A stretch of DNA of 64,000 nt, from NCBI RefSeq assembly GCF_009914755.1, contig NC_060925.1, one strand, 5' to 3'. Below are positions 26,907 through 40,535 of this stretch, piece by piece. Within the stretch, counting starts at the first letter, position 1. Each line of letters opens with the position of its first letter. The notes below the pieces were generated by a model. The model did not search any database, was not told the origin of the DNA, and saw only the letters and a list, made by a program, of their open reading frames with translations. Source of the DNA: the human T2T-CHM13v2.0 reference genome, Homo sapiens. The translations under genes were made by a program, and so were the position numbers.

Positions 26907-27050
26907 TTTGGCTTGGGTAGGGTGCAACAGTGAGGTTGAGTGATGAGAAGTACGTGAAGGGCCTCAGATCCTGCTTGGGAAATTTAGATTTTATCCTCTA
27001 AAATGTAAGACCAAAGAGAAAACACTTCATATATTTCAATGAGATTTTTG
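26390..27050 (-). mobile_element. L2 fragments
   Basis: CATTTATTAAATATATTTTGAGTGCTTTCTACCCTGTGC; GGAAGGCTTCCC; AAATTTAGATTTTATCCT. Confidence 0.55.
26872..26902. repeat. (GT)15 microsatellite
   Basis: Perfect dinucleotide run. Confidence 0.95.
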
Positions 27051-27803
27051 TTTCAGGAAGCTAACCATGCCCCCTGGATAATCACATGTCAATGCACAAC
27101 TGACGCACATCCATTGACCTCAGTTTTTTCATGATAAGCCATGATCTGCTTACCAAGTAAACATTCTACATTCATCAAAGTAAGAAATAGGAAGGTGAAG
27201 GTCTTCTTTGTCATGATATTATCTTAAACATATCCTATCATGCACTTAATTACTTCAGGGCCTTTGCTTAACCACCTACCTTCTCCTTATTCCCCTAGTA
27301 TCACTGCTTCCTACCTTCTTTGAATTTTTTCAAGTTGTCAGCATCTTCTTCTGGGCCCCACTCAAGTTATTTCTGCTCTAAGAAGCCTTCTGCATTCATT
27401 CTCTACTGCTTTGTAACAAATGAACACAAACTTCATGGCTTAAAACAACACCCATTCATTTTCTCACAATGTCTGAAGGTCAGGAGTCTGTGAACAGGTT
27501 AGGTGGGCTCTTTGTTCAGGATCTCACAAGTCTGAAATCAAGGTGAAATCTAGTCTGCATTCCTTTCTAGAGGTCAGCGTCCTTAAGCTTGTGGATTCGT
27601 TGGCATTATTCAATTCTTTGCAGTTGTAGAATGGAGGTCCTTCCTTTTGCAGTGGCCATTGGCCAGGAGGCTCTCTCTCTGCTTCTAGAGGCTGCACACC
27701 ATTTTCTGCCTCATAGCCCTTTCCACAACACAGCAGTTTGTGTCTTCAAGGCCAACAGGAGAGCATAGGCTGCAGCTTGGAATCTCTTTTGCTTCTTCTA
27801 GAC

Positions 27804-28136
27804 CAAACTTGTCCAACCCGTGGTCTGTGGGTCCCAAGCAGCCCAGGACAGCTTTGAATGTGGCCCAACACAAATTCTTAAACTTTCTTAAAACATTATG
27901 TGATTTTTTTAAAGCTCATCAGCTATGTTTAATGTTAGTGTATTTTACGTGTGGCGCAAGACAATTCATATTCTTCCAATGTGGCCCAACACAAATTCTT
28001 AAACTTTCTTAAAACATTATGTGATTTTTTTAAAGCTCATCAGCTATGTTTAATGTTAGTGTATTTTATGTGTGGCGCAAGACAATTCTTATTCTTCCAA
28101 TGTGGCCCAGGGAAGCCAAAAGATTGGACACACCTG
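27804..28136. mobile_element. MER30 hAT-Charlie MITE with an internal 121-bp tandem duplication
   Basis: Termini CAAACTTGTCCAACC / TTGGACACACCTG; 8-bp TSD TTCTAGAC (27796-27803) / CTCTAGAC (28137-28144). Confidence 0.92.
27857..28109. repeat. 121-bp tandem repeat, 2 copies + 11 bp
   Basis: Units start at 27857, 27978 and 28099; 2 mismatches between the full copies. Confidence 0.95.
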
Positions 28137-30103
28137 CTCTAGACTCTCTTTGCAAAAGACCCGCCTGATTAGGTTGGGTCCACCCACACTCAGAGGAAGG
28201 GGCTGATACAGGACATGCGTGTCACGGGGTGGAAATTTTGGGAGTCACCTCAGAATTCTGCCTACACACCTTTCCTTACTACCTTATAAAACAGTTGTTC
28301 TTCACCTTCTTGAAATTCTTAAAGTTCCTGTGTGGTCTGTTCCCATCCACTCTGTGTAAACACTCAGTTATATACTGCTTCCTATTACATTTGAGCTGTT
28401 GCAGGACTAGTCTCTTCAACTTTCAGAACCAAGAAGATGCCTCCTTTTTTTTTTTTTTTTTTTTTGTATCTATTTGTGCCCCCACTCAGTGCTGGGAGAC
28501 TGGAAACTTAAAAGGTACTGCTGTTTTTTCTTCACTTTTTGATCTTGTCCTGAACTTTTTTGTGCATATGTTTTTTATTGCCATGCTAATAACACGCAGA
28601 GCAGTGGCCTTGCAGTGAAAGAATGCTCGGGGCCCCGGGAGAACTCGCTGAAATTCCATGCCACACGATATCTCTGTGGAGGCAGTGAGTGCAGTCCTGC
28701 AGATTGGAGATACTAAATTTTGGAGCCTCAAGGTAACTAGAGAAACAGCTTTGTTTGTGAACAGGAATAAATTCTCTGCTTAAAAATGAAATCTTAACTT
28801 TCAGTTAATGTCTAACAGAAGCTTATAAGCTTTCTCTGATAGGTGATCTACCTTTGAACTCAGTTTCTGTTTCTCCTTTGGAGACCTGGTTTTAAAAGGG
28901 GAGTGACTTGGTAAGCTCCAAATCTACCCCCAAACGTTTTATCTGTTAGGATAAACCTTCCAAGGAAGGTGTAGTGTGTTTGGAAAACAAATGCATAGCA
29001 AATGCTGTTTGAGGCAATCCATGTCCACTCAACTAACCGAGCTTGACAGGTTCTAAGAGATGATAAAGCATATGAACTACTTTCCACACAGAGAGCAGAG
29101 CTTAGAGCTTCTCTCTATTAGCACCACCTCTGGCTATGGCATAGCAAAATCACTCAATAACTTTTGATGTTGAGTTTGAACAACAACAACAACGGAAAAG
29201 AGTTCTGTCCCCATTTGTTTTTTTCATGCTTGCTGTAATGGCAGATTGTTAAGACAGGGCCATTAAATATATAAGTGCATGGCCTTGTCCTGGTCAGGTC
29301 CGAACCCAACCCACCCACGTTGTATATACAGACTGATGTTTAAAGTTGGGAGATGGCTGTGTATATCCAGAACAGACAGATGTATTGTGGATATAAAGAA
29401 AATGTATACAATAGACTGAATTTCAATGTATACAAGGGAAATACACGCTAGACATGGTTATTGCTTGGAGGAGCAGGGCTGAGAGTCAGAGGACGAAGGA
29501 CTCCAACCTTCTAAAGCCTCATTACTGAGCTATTCTGAGAGGCAGAAAATATCTGGTGACTAGAAATCCATCAACAATTCCTCCTAAACTTAATGGTTTT
29601 ATTATCTCCCCATAGTCGCTTACAACAATCCAGAAAATCTAGGACAGCATGTGACCCATTCCGGCTGGTCATAGTTGTAATGCTTACTTAGTTCAGAGCC
29701 CCAGACAAAGGCATGGGATTGTGCATGCAGAGCAAATGTGATGAAGCCTGATTGTCTAGGGAGGATGTACCATTGCTCCCTTCTCATGAAGATTTTATTA
29801 GAATTCATAGGAAATCAGAACTGAAAGCAATCCTAGAGATTGTCTTACCAAATCTCTCATTTGCAAATGAGAGAACAACTGAGATTTGGATAAGGTAAAA
29901 ATAGCTTGTGTAAGGTCAAACCATCAGGTGGTAGCTAAGAATGGCCTGGGGCTTGCTCAGCTCCTCTGATTCCTTGTTCATATTAAATGTTCTTCTGTAA
30001 TCACGGACACAGAAAAGATTTTAGAACCTTCACTCTCAGACTTCAGAATACTCACTGTTTATTGAGTGGCCACTGGTTGTGGGGCTATGTACTTGGCATG
30101 TAG

Positions 30104-30524
<421 letters not shown>

Positions 30525-30853
30525 CAAGTGCTCCATTCTTTAGCTTAAGACTTATGTATCTATTAAGATGCAATTATCTTCAAAAGAGGCATCCCCTTCC
30601 ATCTACCCATGGACTCTCAGGATGAATAATTTCACCATAGCCCCTCCTGATGAGGAAGAAGAGAAAGGCCTAAGAGAGCTAGAGTGAGAAGAAAGGCCCT
30701 TAGAAGAAGGCTAGCGTGAGGATGGGGCTGAAAAACAAATTTCAATGAATCATAGTCTTTTCAGGGTCAGCCTGATGGTGAAAATAGTAGAAAATCCATA
30801 ATGTGTTATATAGATTTCCCTAAGGTGCAAGAATAGGAAGAAAGGAGAGTGGC

Positions 30854-31725
30854 TGTAGTCAATTTCAAAAATAGACACAGTTCTCCACCTGTGAATTTGG
30901 GCTGTTTTTGTGACTTGCTTTAGATAATTGAATGTGGCAGGAGTGCTGTCATGCTGATTTTGAGTTCAAGCCTGGAGAGGCTCTACATTCTTCCTCTTTC
31001 TCTTGGGATGCCTATCACCACTGCCCTGTGAATAAGCCCAGGCTCGCCAGCTGGAGGATGAAAGACCATGTGGAGCAGAGATGAGCCATGCTAGTGGAAA
31101 CTTCTTAGACCACCCACTCACTTGTCACCTGTTATAGGCTGAATTGTGGCACCCTCAACCTCTAGTTCATACATTGAAATCCTAATCTCTAGAACTTTAG
31201 GATGTAATTATATTTGGAGATGAGGCCTTTAAAGAGGTAATTAAGTTAAAATAGGGTGTGTAAATTGGACTCCAATTCAATATGAATAGTTTCCTTGTAA
31301 GAAGAGGAAATTTGGACACAAACATATGCAGTCACAGAGAAAAAAAGAACATCATGAAGACAGAGGGGAAAATGACAATCTACAAGCCCAGAAGAGAGGT
31401 CTTAGAAGAAATCAACCCTGCTGATACCTTGATTTTGGACTTCCTTCCAGTCTCCAGGAAATAAATTTCAGTTTTTTTTAAGCACCCAGTCTGAGGTACT
31501 TTGTTATGACAGCCCGAGCAAGTGAATATACCACCTAGCAAATAACTATAGATGCACATGCAAGTTTTGCCAAGATCAGCTGAGCCTGGCTCAGATTAGC
31601 AGAACGACTCAACTGATCCCAGCCCAAATTACCAACCCATTGATTGTGATATAAATAAACCATTGCTCTTTTAAGTCTTTTAAGTTTTGGAATCATTTTT
31701 TACATGGCAATAGATAACTGATACA
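30854..31725 (+). mobile_element. MLT1G/H-like LTR interrupted by MLT1B
   Basis: TGTGACTTGCTTTAGATAATTGAATGTGGCAGGAGTG...GCAATAGATAACTGATACA. Confidence 0.8.
31130..31530 (+). mobile_element. MLT1B solo LTR
   Basis: TGTTATAGGCTGAATTGTG...GGTACTTTGTTATGACAGCCCGAGCAAGTGAATATA; TSD TCACC/CCACC. Confidence 0.9.
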
Positions 31726-32480
31726 GTGGTTAAAGACTCATCAGACATCCTACTGCAAATGCATGAATGTTGATTTTGCATGCAGAATTCATAGCATTCC
31801 CCACTGGTCCTTGTGGGGGTGGGAGGGTATAGAACAGAGTTTATTCTGTATTGATGAGACCCACCAGTCTTCCATTCCCAACTCTAACACCATCAGCAAG
31901 AAGAACTGTTACTGATGCTGCTCTACTTGTTCTCTATGCTTTCTAAATTGTGCCCACTCTCAACTGGTATAACAAACTCCCCAACTAGGAGTCAGACAAC
32001 TTATTTCAGTTAGTGCCAGGGCAACCATCAGAGGCCGGGTTATCATCCGTGAGGACCATAGGAAGAGCAGCCCAACATGGTGGTGCAGGGAAGAAAGGCC
32101 ACACATATTGGTACTAAATGCTTCTAGGTTGAATTTCTAGGTCTGCCAACTTATATGTCTTGGGGGAAGCTCTTCAAGGTGATGTTTCTTATGTATACAA
32201 TGATGTGGATAGCAACATGTTCTTCCAGAATTGGTGTTCCATGTGTCAAGTTCACATAATGGCAAATAGCCCAGCATTCTGAACATACTAGGCAGTCTAT
32301 AAATGTCAGTTGCCTAACAGTATCGGGAGGCTACGATTCAGTTATTTGCTAATGTTTGATTAGTGCTAACAAGTGCCAGGCACTATTTCAGGCTCTAATA
32401 AGACAGTGGGTGAGCCAGATAGATAATGTCCCTGCTCTCATGGAGATGACATTCTACTGGGGATATTAAGGGGTTAGAAA

Positions 32481-32497
32481 CTATCTATTTATCTATC

Positions 32498-32542
<45 letters not shown>

Positions 32543-32604
32543 ATCATCTACCTCTCCTATCTCTATCTATCCATCTATCTCTACCAATCTATCATCTATT
32601 TATC
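32481..32604. repeat. (TCTA)n tetranucleotide STR, perfect core (TCTA)11 at 32499-32542
   Basis: Direct count. Confidence 0.95.
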
Positions 32605-32765
32605 AATTGTGGGGTACTTACAAGGTAGTGAGGCTCTGCTCCCATCCAGTTACCTGTAATCAGAACAGTGTTTCTTCTATGTGTTTTAGATAATGGGCTT
32701 CCGAGTAAGGATTGATTTGAAGAAAGGGTTATCTAGTTGGAAAAAAAAGAATTTGTAAACTACTC
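32605..32765. mobile_element. hAT-Charlie MITE fragment (MER103C-like)
   Basis: GTGTTTTAGATAATGGGCTTCCGAGTAAGGATTGATTTGAAGAAAGGGTT. Confidence 0.5.
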
Positions 32766-32959
32766 CATTGGTACATCTGCCATCAGGGAATTCCATATTT
32801 TTCCTCATGTAAATGATTTTACAAGTTAACTCAAGCTTACTACTTTAATTTGACAATGTTATAAAAATATATAGCATATAAAAAGGAAATTTTAAAAATA
32901 TGGCACACTTCTCTTTCTTAAATAGAGTATGTTAAGCACAGAGTCTGTTGAACAGAATG

Positions 32960-33900
32960 CACACTTTTCTGGATGCTTCCAAATTCTCAACCTCTCCAAA
33001 GCGTTTGACAACACTGACATCCTGCTCTTTGAAATTTTCCTAGGCGTTCACAACACTGAATTATTTTTTTTTATACTTTTGGGACTACTTTCTTCTCAGT
33101 TTCCTTAACCAACTCCTGTTTCTCTTCCTACCCCTTAAATGTCACTGAAATTCTTCTTTTGTTGTCTTCATTCTCTATGTAGAGTCAGCAATCTTCTTCT
33201 TGCAGATGGAAGATGACTCCTGATTTCATATATCAAAACCCATTTTTTTTTCCATGGGGAATAAAACATTTTAGCTTCTTATGCGGTAGGCATGGCTACC
33301 ACAAGGTCCCAGGGGGCACAACAACACAAGTCCAAATCTTGGCTCCTATGTCTCTAAAAAGCAACTCCTACTCCTGCCTTCCTTAGCTGTGGTGTGGTGC
33401 TATCTGTCTGCCAAGCATCCTATATGGAACCTCAGGGTCTTCAGCATCTAATCCTGTCTTTTCATGCCTAGCCTACAGTGGTTCTTAAGATCTGTTGATC
33501 GAGTTCTACAAATTCTGACTTCTTTTTATGATCCTAGTTCAGGACCTCATTTTCTCTCACTTGGACTGTTGAAATTGTTTTCAAACTGATCTCCTTACCT
33601 TTATTATCTGGCCTTCACAACTATTTATGTATTGCTTTGAGAGTACTTTAAAGAAGAGCTTTGATTGTATCACTTGCTATTGGAAAATCTTTATGGCTTC
33701 CCACTGAATATAAAATAAATTCCAGATTTCTGAGTATGTCACCCTCCCTGACCTGACTCCAAATTGCCTCTCCACATTATTCTCTATACAACTCTGACTT
33801 TGAATGTTCCTTGTACTTAAAGTGTTTGTTTTTTGCTTATATTTATGTTTATTCTCACCTTTTTCCATTTGTCTAAATTCTACCTACCTCTCTATTCATG
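32960..33900 (+). mobile_element. L2 fragment
   Basis: GCGTTTGACAACACTGACATCCTGCTCTTTGAAA; CTCACTTGGACTGTTG; AAAATCTTTATGGCTTCCCACTG. Confidence 0.65.
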
Positions 33901-34046
33901 TATAATTTTAGGTATTTTCTTAGGGAGAAATGAATAAACAGTGGTTTGCCTATAAGCTACAGATGGAGAGAAAGTATTCACACTATGCATATTTGACAAA
34001 TGACTTGTTTTTATCCAGAAGAACTATTACAATTAAATAACAAGAG

Positions 34047-34592
34047 AATCCCATTACTGAGTATACACCCAAAGGAATAGAAATCATTCTATTATAAAGA
34101 TACATGCATGTGTATGTTCATTGCAACACTATTCACAATAGAAAGGACATGGAATCAACCTAAATGCCCATCAATGATAGACTGAATAAAGAAAATGTGG
34201 TACATATACACAATGGAATCTACACAGCCACAAAAAGGAATGAGATCATGTCCTTTGCAGGGACATGGATGGAGCTGGAAACCATTATCTTCAGCAAACT
34301 AACACAGAAAGAGAAGACCAAATACTGCATGTTCTCACTTATAACTGGGAGCTGAGTCATGAGAACACATGGACACATGGTGGGGAACAACACACACTGG
34401 GACCTGTTGAAGGGTCAGGGGTAGGAGGAGGGAGAGCCTCAGAAAGAATAGCTAATGGATGCTGGGTTTAATGCCTAGGTGAAGGGATGATCTGTGTGGC
34501 TATTCACCATGGCACATATTTAACTATGTAACAAACCTGCACATCCTGCACATGTACCCCTGCACTTGAAATAAAAATTGGAAATTAAAAAA
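34047..34592 (+). mobile_element. L1PA (PA11-13-like) 3' end
   Basis: AATCCCATTACTGAGTATACACCCAAAGG...AACAAACCTGCACATCCTGCACATGTACCCC...AAATAAAA. Confidence 0.9.
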
Positions 34593-34991
34593 GATCAAAA
34601 ATTTTATTCACAAAAATATGTGTAAATGGCCTATAGGCACATCAAAATATGCTCAGCAGCATGAAAACTGCAACACAGTATATATCATATACTAAGCCAA
34701 TTAGCTAAAATTAAATCTGACAATCCCAGGTGTTGATGAGGTTGTGGAGCAACTTGAACTCTCATATGTTTCTGATGGGAATGTGAAATGATCCAATAAC
34801 TTTAGAAAACAGTTTGGCAGTTTTTCATTAAAATAGACATATACTTAACACAGGACTCAATAGTTTCACTCTGAGGTATTTACTCAAAAGAAGTGAAAAT
34901 ATGTCCTTACTAAGATTCATACCTGGATATTCTCAACAACTTTATTTATAGTAGCCCCAAACTGGGAACAATCGAAACGTTCATCAAGTGG

Positions 34992-35368
34992 TAATAGGTT
35001 TTACCTGTGTCCCCACCCAACTCTCATCTTGAATTGTAGTTCCCATAATCCCCACCTGTCATGGGAAGGAACAGGTGGAGATAATTGAATCATGGGGGAG
35101 GTTTCCTCCACCCTGTTCTCATGATACTGAGTTAGTTCTCACGAGATCTGATGGTTTTATTAGCGGCTTCCCCCTTTGCTGACCACTCATTCTTTTCCTT
35201 TCTGCCACCATGTGAAGGAGGATGTGCTTGCTTCCCCTTCTGCCATGACTGTAAGTTTCCTGAAGTCTCCCCAGACCTGTGGAACTGTAAGTCAATTAAA
35301 CTTCTTTCCTTTATAAATTACCCAATCTCGGATAAGTCCTTATAGTAGGTAGAGAACAGACTAATACA
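34992..35368 (+). mobile_element. THE1C/D solo LTR
   Basis: CTGTGTCCCCACCCAACTCTCATCTTGAATTGTAG...TTTATAAATTACCC...AACAGACTAATACA. Confidence 0.9.
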
Positions 35369-35469
35369 AGGGTGAATGGGTGAAACAATTATAATATATT
35401 TAAGCAATAGAATTCCACTCAATATTAAGAAGAAATGAACTACTGATATACACAATAGCATTGACGAAT

Positions 35470-35774
<305 letters not shown>

Positions 35775-36229
35775 TGACGAATCTTAAAATATGCTAACAA
35801 AAAGAGACACAAAAGACACATATGGTATGATTTTATGTATATGAAATGCTAGAGCTGTCGAAACTAATATATCCTGAGAGAAAACTGATCAGTGGTTACC
35901 TCGGTCTGGGAGTGGCAGGGACTACTTTTCAATGGAACATGAAGGAAGTTTTGGGACTGATGGAATTCTTTTATATCTTTTTTGGGGGTTGTAAATATGT
36001 CAGAGTATACATTTGTCAAAGCTAACTGAACTGCACACTTAAAATCGGTATATTTTGTTATATGTAAATTATACCTCAATAAAACTGATTAATAAGTAAA
36101 AGAATAATATTTTTGATTTCTGGTACTTACCTATAAGAAGACTTTTCAGGCCCTTACTCAGACACTTCTTACTTTATTTTAAATAAATTTTAAAATATAT
36201 TACATAATTTCCTAGTCTAGATGAAATAT

Positions 36230-36440
36230 ATTGCTAATGGCAACAACTCTTAAACCAGACTGCCTGGATTGAGGGCTCTGTAACTTAATGATTTTGGGGA
36301 AATTGTTTAACTTCCCTATCCCCCAGTTTTCTCAGCTGCTAAATGTGGGGATAACAATACTATCTGCTTCATTGTGTTGTCACAAAGATTAATATATGTG
36401 AAATACTTAATGCAATGTTTGGTGTATAGTAAGTGCTATA
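36230..36440 (+). mobile_element. MIR SINE
   Basis: CCAGACTGCCTGGATT...CCCAGTTTTCTCAGCTGCTAAATG...GTATAGTAAGTGCT. Confidence 0.7.
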
Positions 36441-36699
36441 TGCATCTTTTTCCTTCTGTGGAGTACCCTTTTCAAAATGTTTGTCATATTCTGAGTTGAA
36501 TTTGAGCTACTTGTTTTTACGTGCTGTTGCCATTTGATTGTAAGCTGCTTGAAAGCAAGGGACATGTTTTGTTCTTAATGTCTCCTAGAGAATCAACCAT
36601 GGCACAACATTTAGGATAGTTGGTTGAATTTTTATTCCCCTATTAGAATGTGTCCAAATATTGAGATAATACTAGAACTAGCAATCTGTGAGTGTCTAT

Positions 36700-36845
36700 T
36701 GCACACAAACACTTATTTAATTTTCAAAACAACCTGACAAGATAGGCATTATTATTAATTCAATTTCAGAAATGAGAATTCTCATTTCTTGATCAGAGAG
36801 GTTAAGTGACTTACCCAGGGCCATGTGGCTAGGCAGGGAGACTAG
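36700..36845 (-). mobile_element. MIR SINE
   Basis: TCAGAGAGGTTAAGTGACTTACCCAGGGCCA. Confidence 0.75.
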
Positions 36846-36938
36846 ATTTTTTTTTTTTTTTAAAGATAGGATCTTGCTCTTTTGGCCAGGCTGGAGTGCA
36901 GTGGTGTGATCATGGCTCACTACAGCCTTGAATTCCTG
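36846..36938 (-). mobile_element. 5'-truncated AluJ fragment
   Basis: Poly-T then GGATCTTGCTCT...GGCTGGAGTGCAGTGGTGTGATCATGGCTCACTACAGCC. Confidence 0.85.
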
Positions 36939-38969
36939 AGGAGGTTGGATTTTAATGCTGTCTTAGGACTTTGATGTTTTATAGAACCATTTGCTTCTAT
37001 GCTGAGAAGCCTGATGTGGTTCTGTTTTGTGTCATCTTGTGTCTGATTTTTATGTTTTTTTTCTTTCTATTCTCTCTACCCTCCTGTTTATGCCAGACTT
37101 TTCACGTTGTCCATGTACATGAGACTGATAAAATCTACCACTGCTCCCTCTTTACCTCCAGTAACTTCCATTGACAACTGTTAACGGCCAAGAAATTATA
37201 ATAACTCACTTTGCTTAAATTTTATGTAAAGCAAGAGTAAATAGGCTCTGAAGGAGGATATGTCGGGGGTTTCCTATAATTGTCGTTCAGGGCAGGAGCT
37301 TTTCTGCAAATTTTTTAAAGAAATGATGTATAATACAGAGTCAAATGGACAAATCATAGGTGCAAAGCTCCATGAACTTTTACAAAGTAAATACCCATGT
37401 AATCATCACTTACATCAAGACATAGATAATTACCAGTAGCCCAGAATCCTCCCTGGTTTAGGGCAGACACATATGATTCAGAGTTCTTCTTTGCTTATGC
37501 CTGTGTTCTGGATGGTTGCACTTCTGAATAAGTTAATATTATTCATGAATTTTCATAGTCTGATCTTTGCAAATATACAATATATCCCTGAAGTACACAG
37601 ACAATGCAGCAATGCCTTAGTCTTCTCCTATGTCTGGAAAGCGAGCTGCATAATGGTTAGAAAAAGGAGACAAGGATGGTGGGAGGATTATGGAGTTGAT
37701 GAGCTCAGTGCTCCCAGCATTGGCTCTTTTCTGCAGAACCAACTCACTCAGGGCAATATTGCCCCGAGTTCCAAACTGCACTGAGTCTGTTTGCAGAGTT
37801 CTGCATCTCTGAAAGATAACTTCAGACCACTGTTTCCCAGCCCCCAAGGCATCCTAGAAAGCAGCTTGTGTTTCTCTGTGGGTATCACATCTCCTGCTCC
37901 TGCCCTGTGACAGTGTTTCTTTTAAGCTTGCTATGTCCTTTTGATCTGCTGAAAATGTCCTTCTCTATACTTCTGATTAAAATGAAATTAAACCTGGGGA
38001 GTAGGGCAGGGGAGGTTGGGGCCAGAGCATGAATGTGTTGCCCGAGGCCCTGGCTGGGCCATCTTCCAGCTTCTGAGAGACTACTCTGGCCAAAGGGGTC
38101 TTCGGAGAGGCAGCCCCAACAAAAGGCTGGCTAATGTGCACTGAGAAAGAGCACTCTCGCCTGCCCCCTCCCCAGCACTGCTGGGGCTGGAGATGTGGGC
38201 TGCATTTGGAAGCTTAGCTGCCAAACCTACTGTAACAGGGGGAGGGGAAGAACTGAGGGAGCTTCAGCGAGACTTTTATCACCCATTCTGGCCTTCTGTA
38301 GATAATGGGCTTGATGCTTCTTTTTCCTCATTTTATTCGTCTGGTGATTAGGTGATGAGACTAGAAGCCCTGGGCAAACTCCAGTGCGTCTTAGTAAACC
38401 ATCTCTGTGAAATGGTTAAGTTTACTTAGAAGGTAACTGGAGAGGTGCAAGTGGAAGAATCACCCTTATGAATTCAAACCCAAAGCCCTGAAGATGAGCT
38501 CTGGAGGGGGAATCTCCAGGCAGGAGAGGCCCCGGGCCAAGTGCTGCTCATGTGGCCAATGCCTGGGGTTCTTTGGCTCCGGGATCTCCTGGGATAACAA
38601 CCCACGTGGCTGACTTGCTCTGCCTTTCTTCCTTGGCCCAATCTAAGCCTAAATGCCTTCCTTGGAGGCCCTGTCTTGACCCAAGCAAAATGGATCTTTT
38701 TGAAAGACTTTACTGAACTGAATAGTAAGAGAAAGCAAGAGTGAAAGAAGCCCAGGAAATATGAGACATATATTAAATATCCTGGCTCACTTCTCGTATG
38801 GGTTCCTGATGCTACCACATCCTGCCTGCCCCAAAGGCTGAAGGTTATATCTTCTTTTACCAAAGGTCTTGCAAACTCAGATGGCTCTTTGACTGGGATT
38901 CTTACTTCTTACGTTTCAGTCTATATCCATGTGGGCATGGGGGTTCACGAATGAGGAAAAAAAGGCTGC

Positions 38970-39215
38970 CCTGTATTAGCTTCTAATGTGTTACAGACAC
39001 TCTGCAAAGTGGTTTACGTGCATTATTTTATTTCCTCTTTCCAACAATCCTATGCAGTGAGTACTATTAATCCCATTTTACAGATAAAAAAACAAAAGCT
39101 CAAACAGATTAATTAATTCTGTGGCTCAAGACCACAAAAACTGGTAAATGATGGAGTCAAGATTTGAACCCAGGTTTTATAATGCATGACCCAAGACTAC
39201 CCTCTTAAATGCTGT
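38970..39215 (-). mobile_element. MIR SINE
   Basis: TCCCATTTTACAGATAAAAAAACAAAAGCTCA...AGATTTGAACCCAGG. Confidence 0.8.
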
Positions 39216-39589
39216 AACAATTCAAGGTCAAACCTGAGAAAAGACTGTTCTATTGTCCTTCAGCCTCTGGACTAAGTAACGGGACTTTTCTCTTGGTAAT
39301 TGCCCTATGAGGTATCTGGGTCTTTGCAACAGGTGTACAGTTTTGTCCATGGGTGCCAACCATATAGTCACATTATTATGCATTATCATACTTCAGCATT
39401 CGTAAAAGATCTACACAAATTAAATAAAGGGAGGGTCACTACTTCACAAGATGATTTTGTGTCTTATGAAAGGCTTCAACACAAGATTCTTTTATCCGGC
39501 AAACACAGCCATGCATTTCAAGCATTAACTGATTTGCATACAATCACCCAGGAATACATCTCCTCTGCATGAATAATCACTGTTACAGT

Positions 39590-39800
39590 TAGAGCAGCTA
39601 TCATTTACTGAATATCTACTATGTCCCTCAAACTTTATTTACACATTTTCATTCATCTATCAAAACTTGGCAAGGTGGTATTATCTTCCCCATTTTAGAA
39701 CTGAAGCTGGCACTTTCCCATACTTACAGAGGTAGGGAGGAGCAGAGACTCTAAACCCCGTTCTGCCTGACTTTAGAGACTTTATGCTTCTTACCATTCC
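39590..39800 (-). mobile_element. MIR SINE
   Basis: GCAGCTATCATTTACTGAATATCTACTATGT...CCCCATTTTAG. Confidence 0.65.
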
Positions 39801-40329
39801 AGATGGGCACATGAATGAGAAGATGCCTGCTCTAATTCACTTCAACAATCTAGCTCACCATCATATCGTTAGTACAAATTACTTTTTTTCTTTTTTTTTT
39901 TTGAATAGGGTGGTAAACTTCAAATACTTCTCAATCCCTGATAAAATCTTCTTATTATGTGAACTTGCTTCCTCTTTTGCTTTCACTAAAGTGCTCTCCA
40001 GAGTGACCTTGTCCCCTTCAAACTTCACTTCCTCTTTAGTCCTGTCCCCTTGTCACATCATATCAACCACCCTCTATCCCCCTCAGTATTCTCAGTCAAA
40101 TAAATTCAATTTTCTCCACAAATACTTTTTGGTGGCTTAGTTTCTGCCATTCCCTTTGAATATGAAGAAGAAGGTGATAGACGACCCCAGGCTTTCAGGG
40201 ATCTTCTATTCCATTAGATTGGAGCTGTCAGGAATTAAAGAATTGATTAAGCAATTATTTAGTCAATTAAAATAGTGATAGATGCTACTGTGGGGAAACA
40301 AGTGTTAAAAAGCAGGTGCAGTTTCAATT

Positions 40330-40535
40330 CATTTAGTACCTATGGAATACTTGGACTGTGCAATGCACCTTACATACTTTAACTTATTTAATTTTCTTAA
40401 TAACACTTTGAGGCAGGCTCTGTTCTTACCCCCATTTAATAGCACAGACAGGTGAAGTAACTTATTCAAAGCCTTATAAGCAGTGGGTGACAGAGCCAGG
40501 ATAGAATGTCAAGAAGTGTGGCTCTGGAGCCTGGA
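40330..40535 (-). mobile_element. MIR SINE
   Basis: GCACAGACAGGTGAAGTAACTTATTCAAAG...TGGCTCTGGAGCC. Confidence 0.7.

Larger units (their letters stand above)
27391..28268 (-). mobile_element. MLT1E-like LTR interrupted by MER30
   Basis: TGTAACAAATGAACACAAACTTCATGGCTTAAAACAACACCCATT...TTGGGAGTCACCTCAGAATTCTGCCTAC. Confidence 0.8.

Noticed and set aside
27857-28109. 121-bp repeat or 23-bp repeat (12049) as a CRISPR-like array
   Set aside because: No unique spacers, only two copies, and a eukaryotic transposon context.
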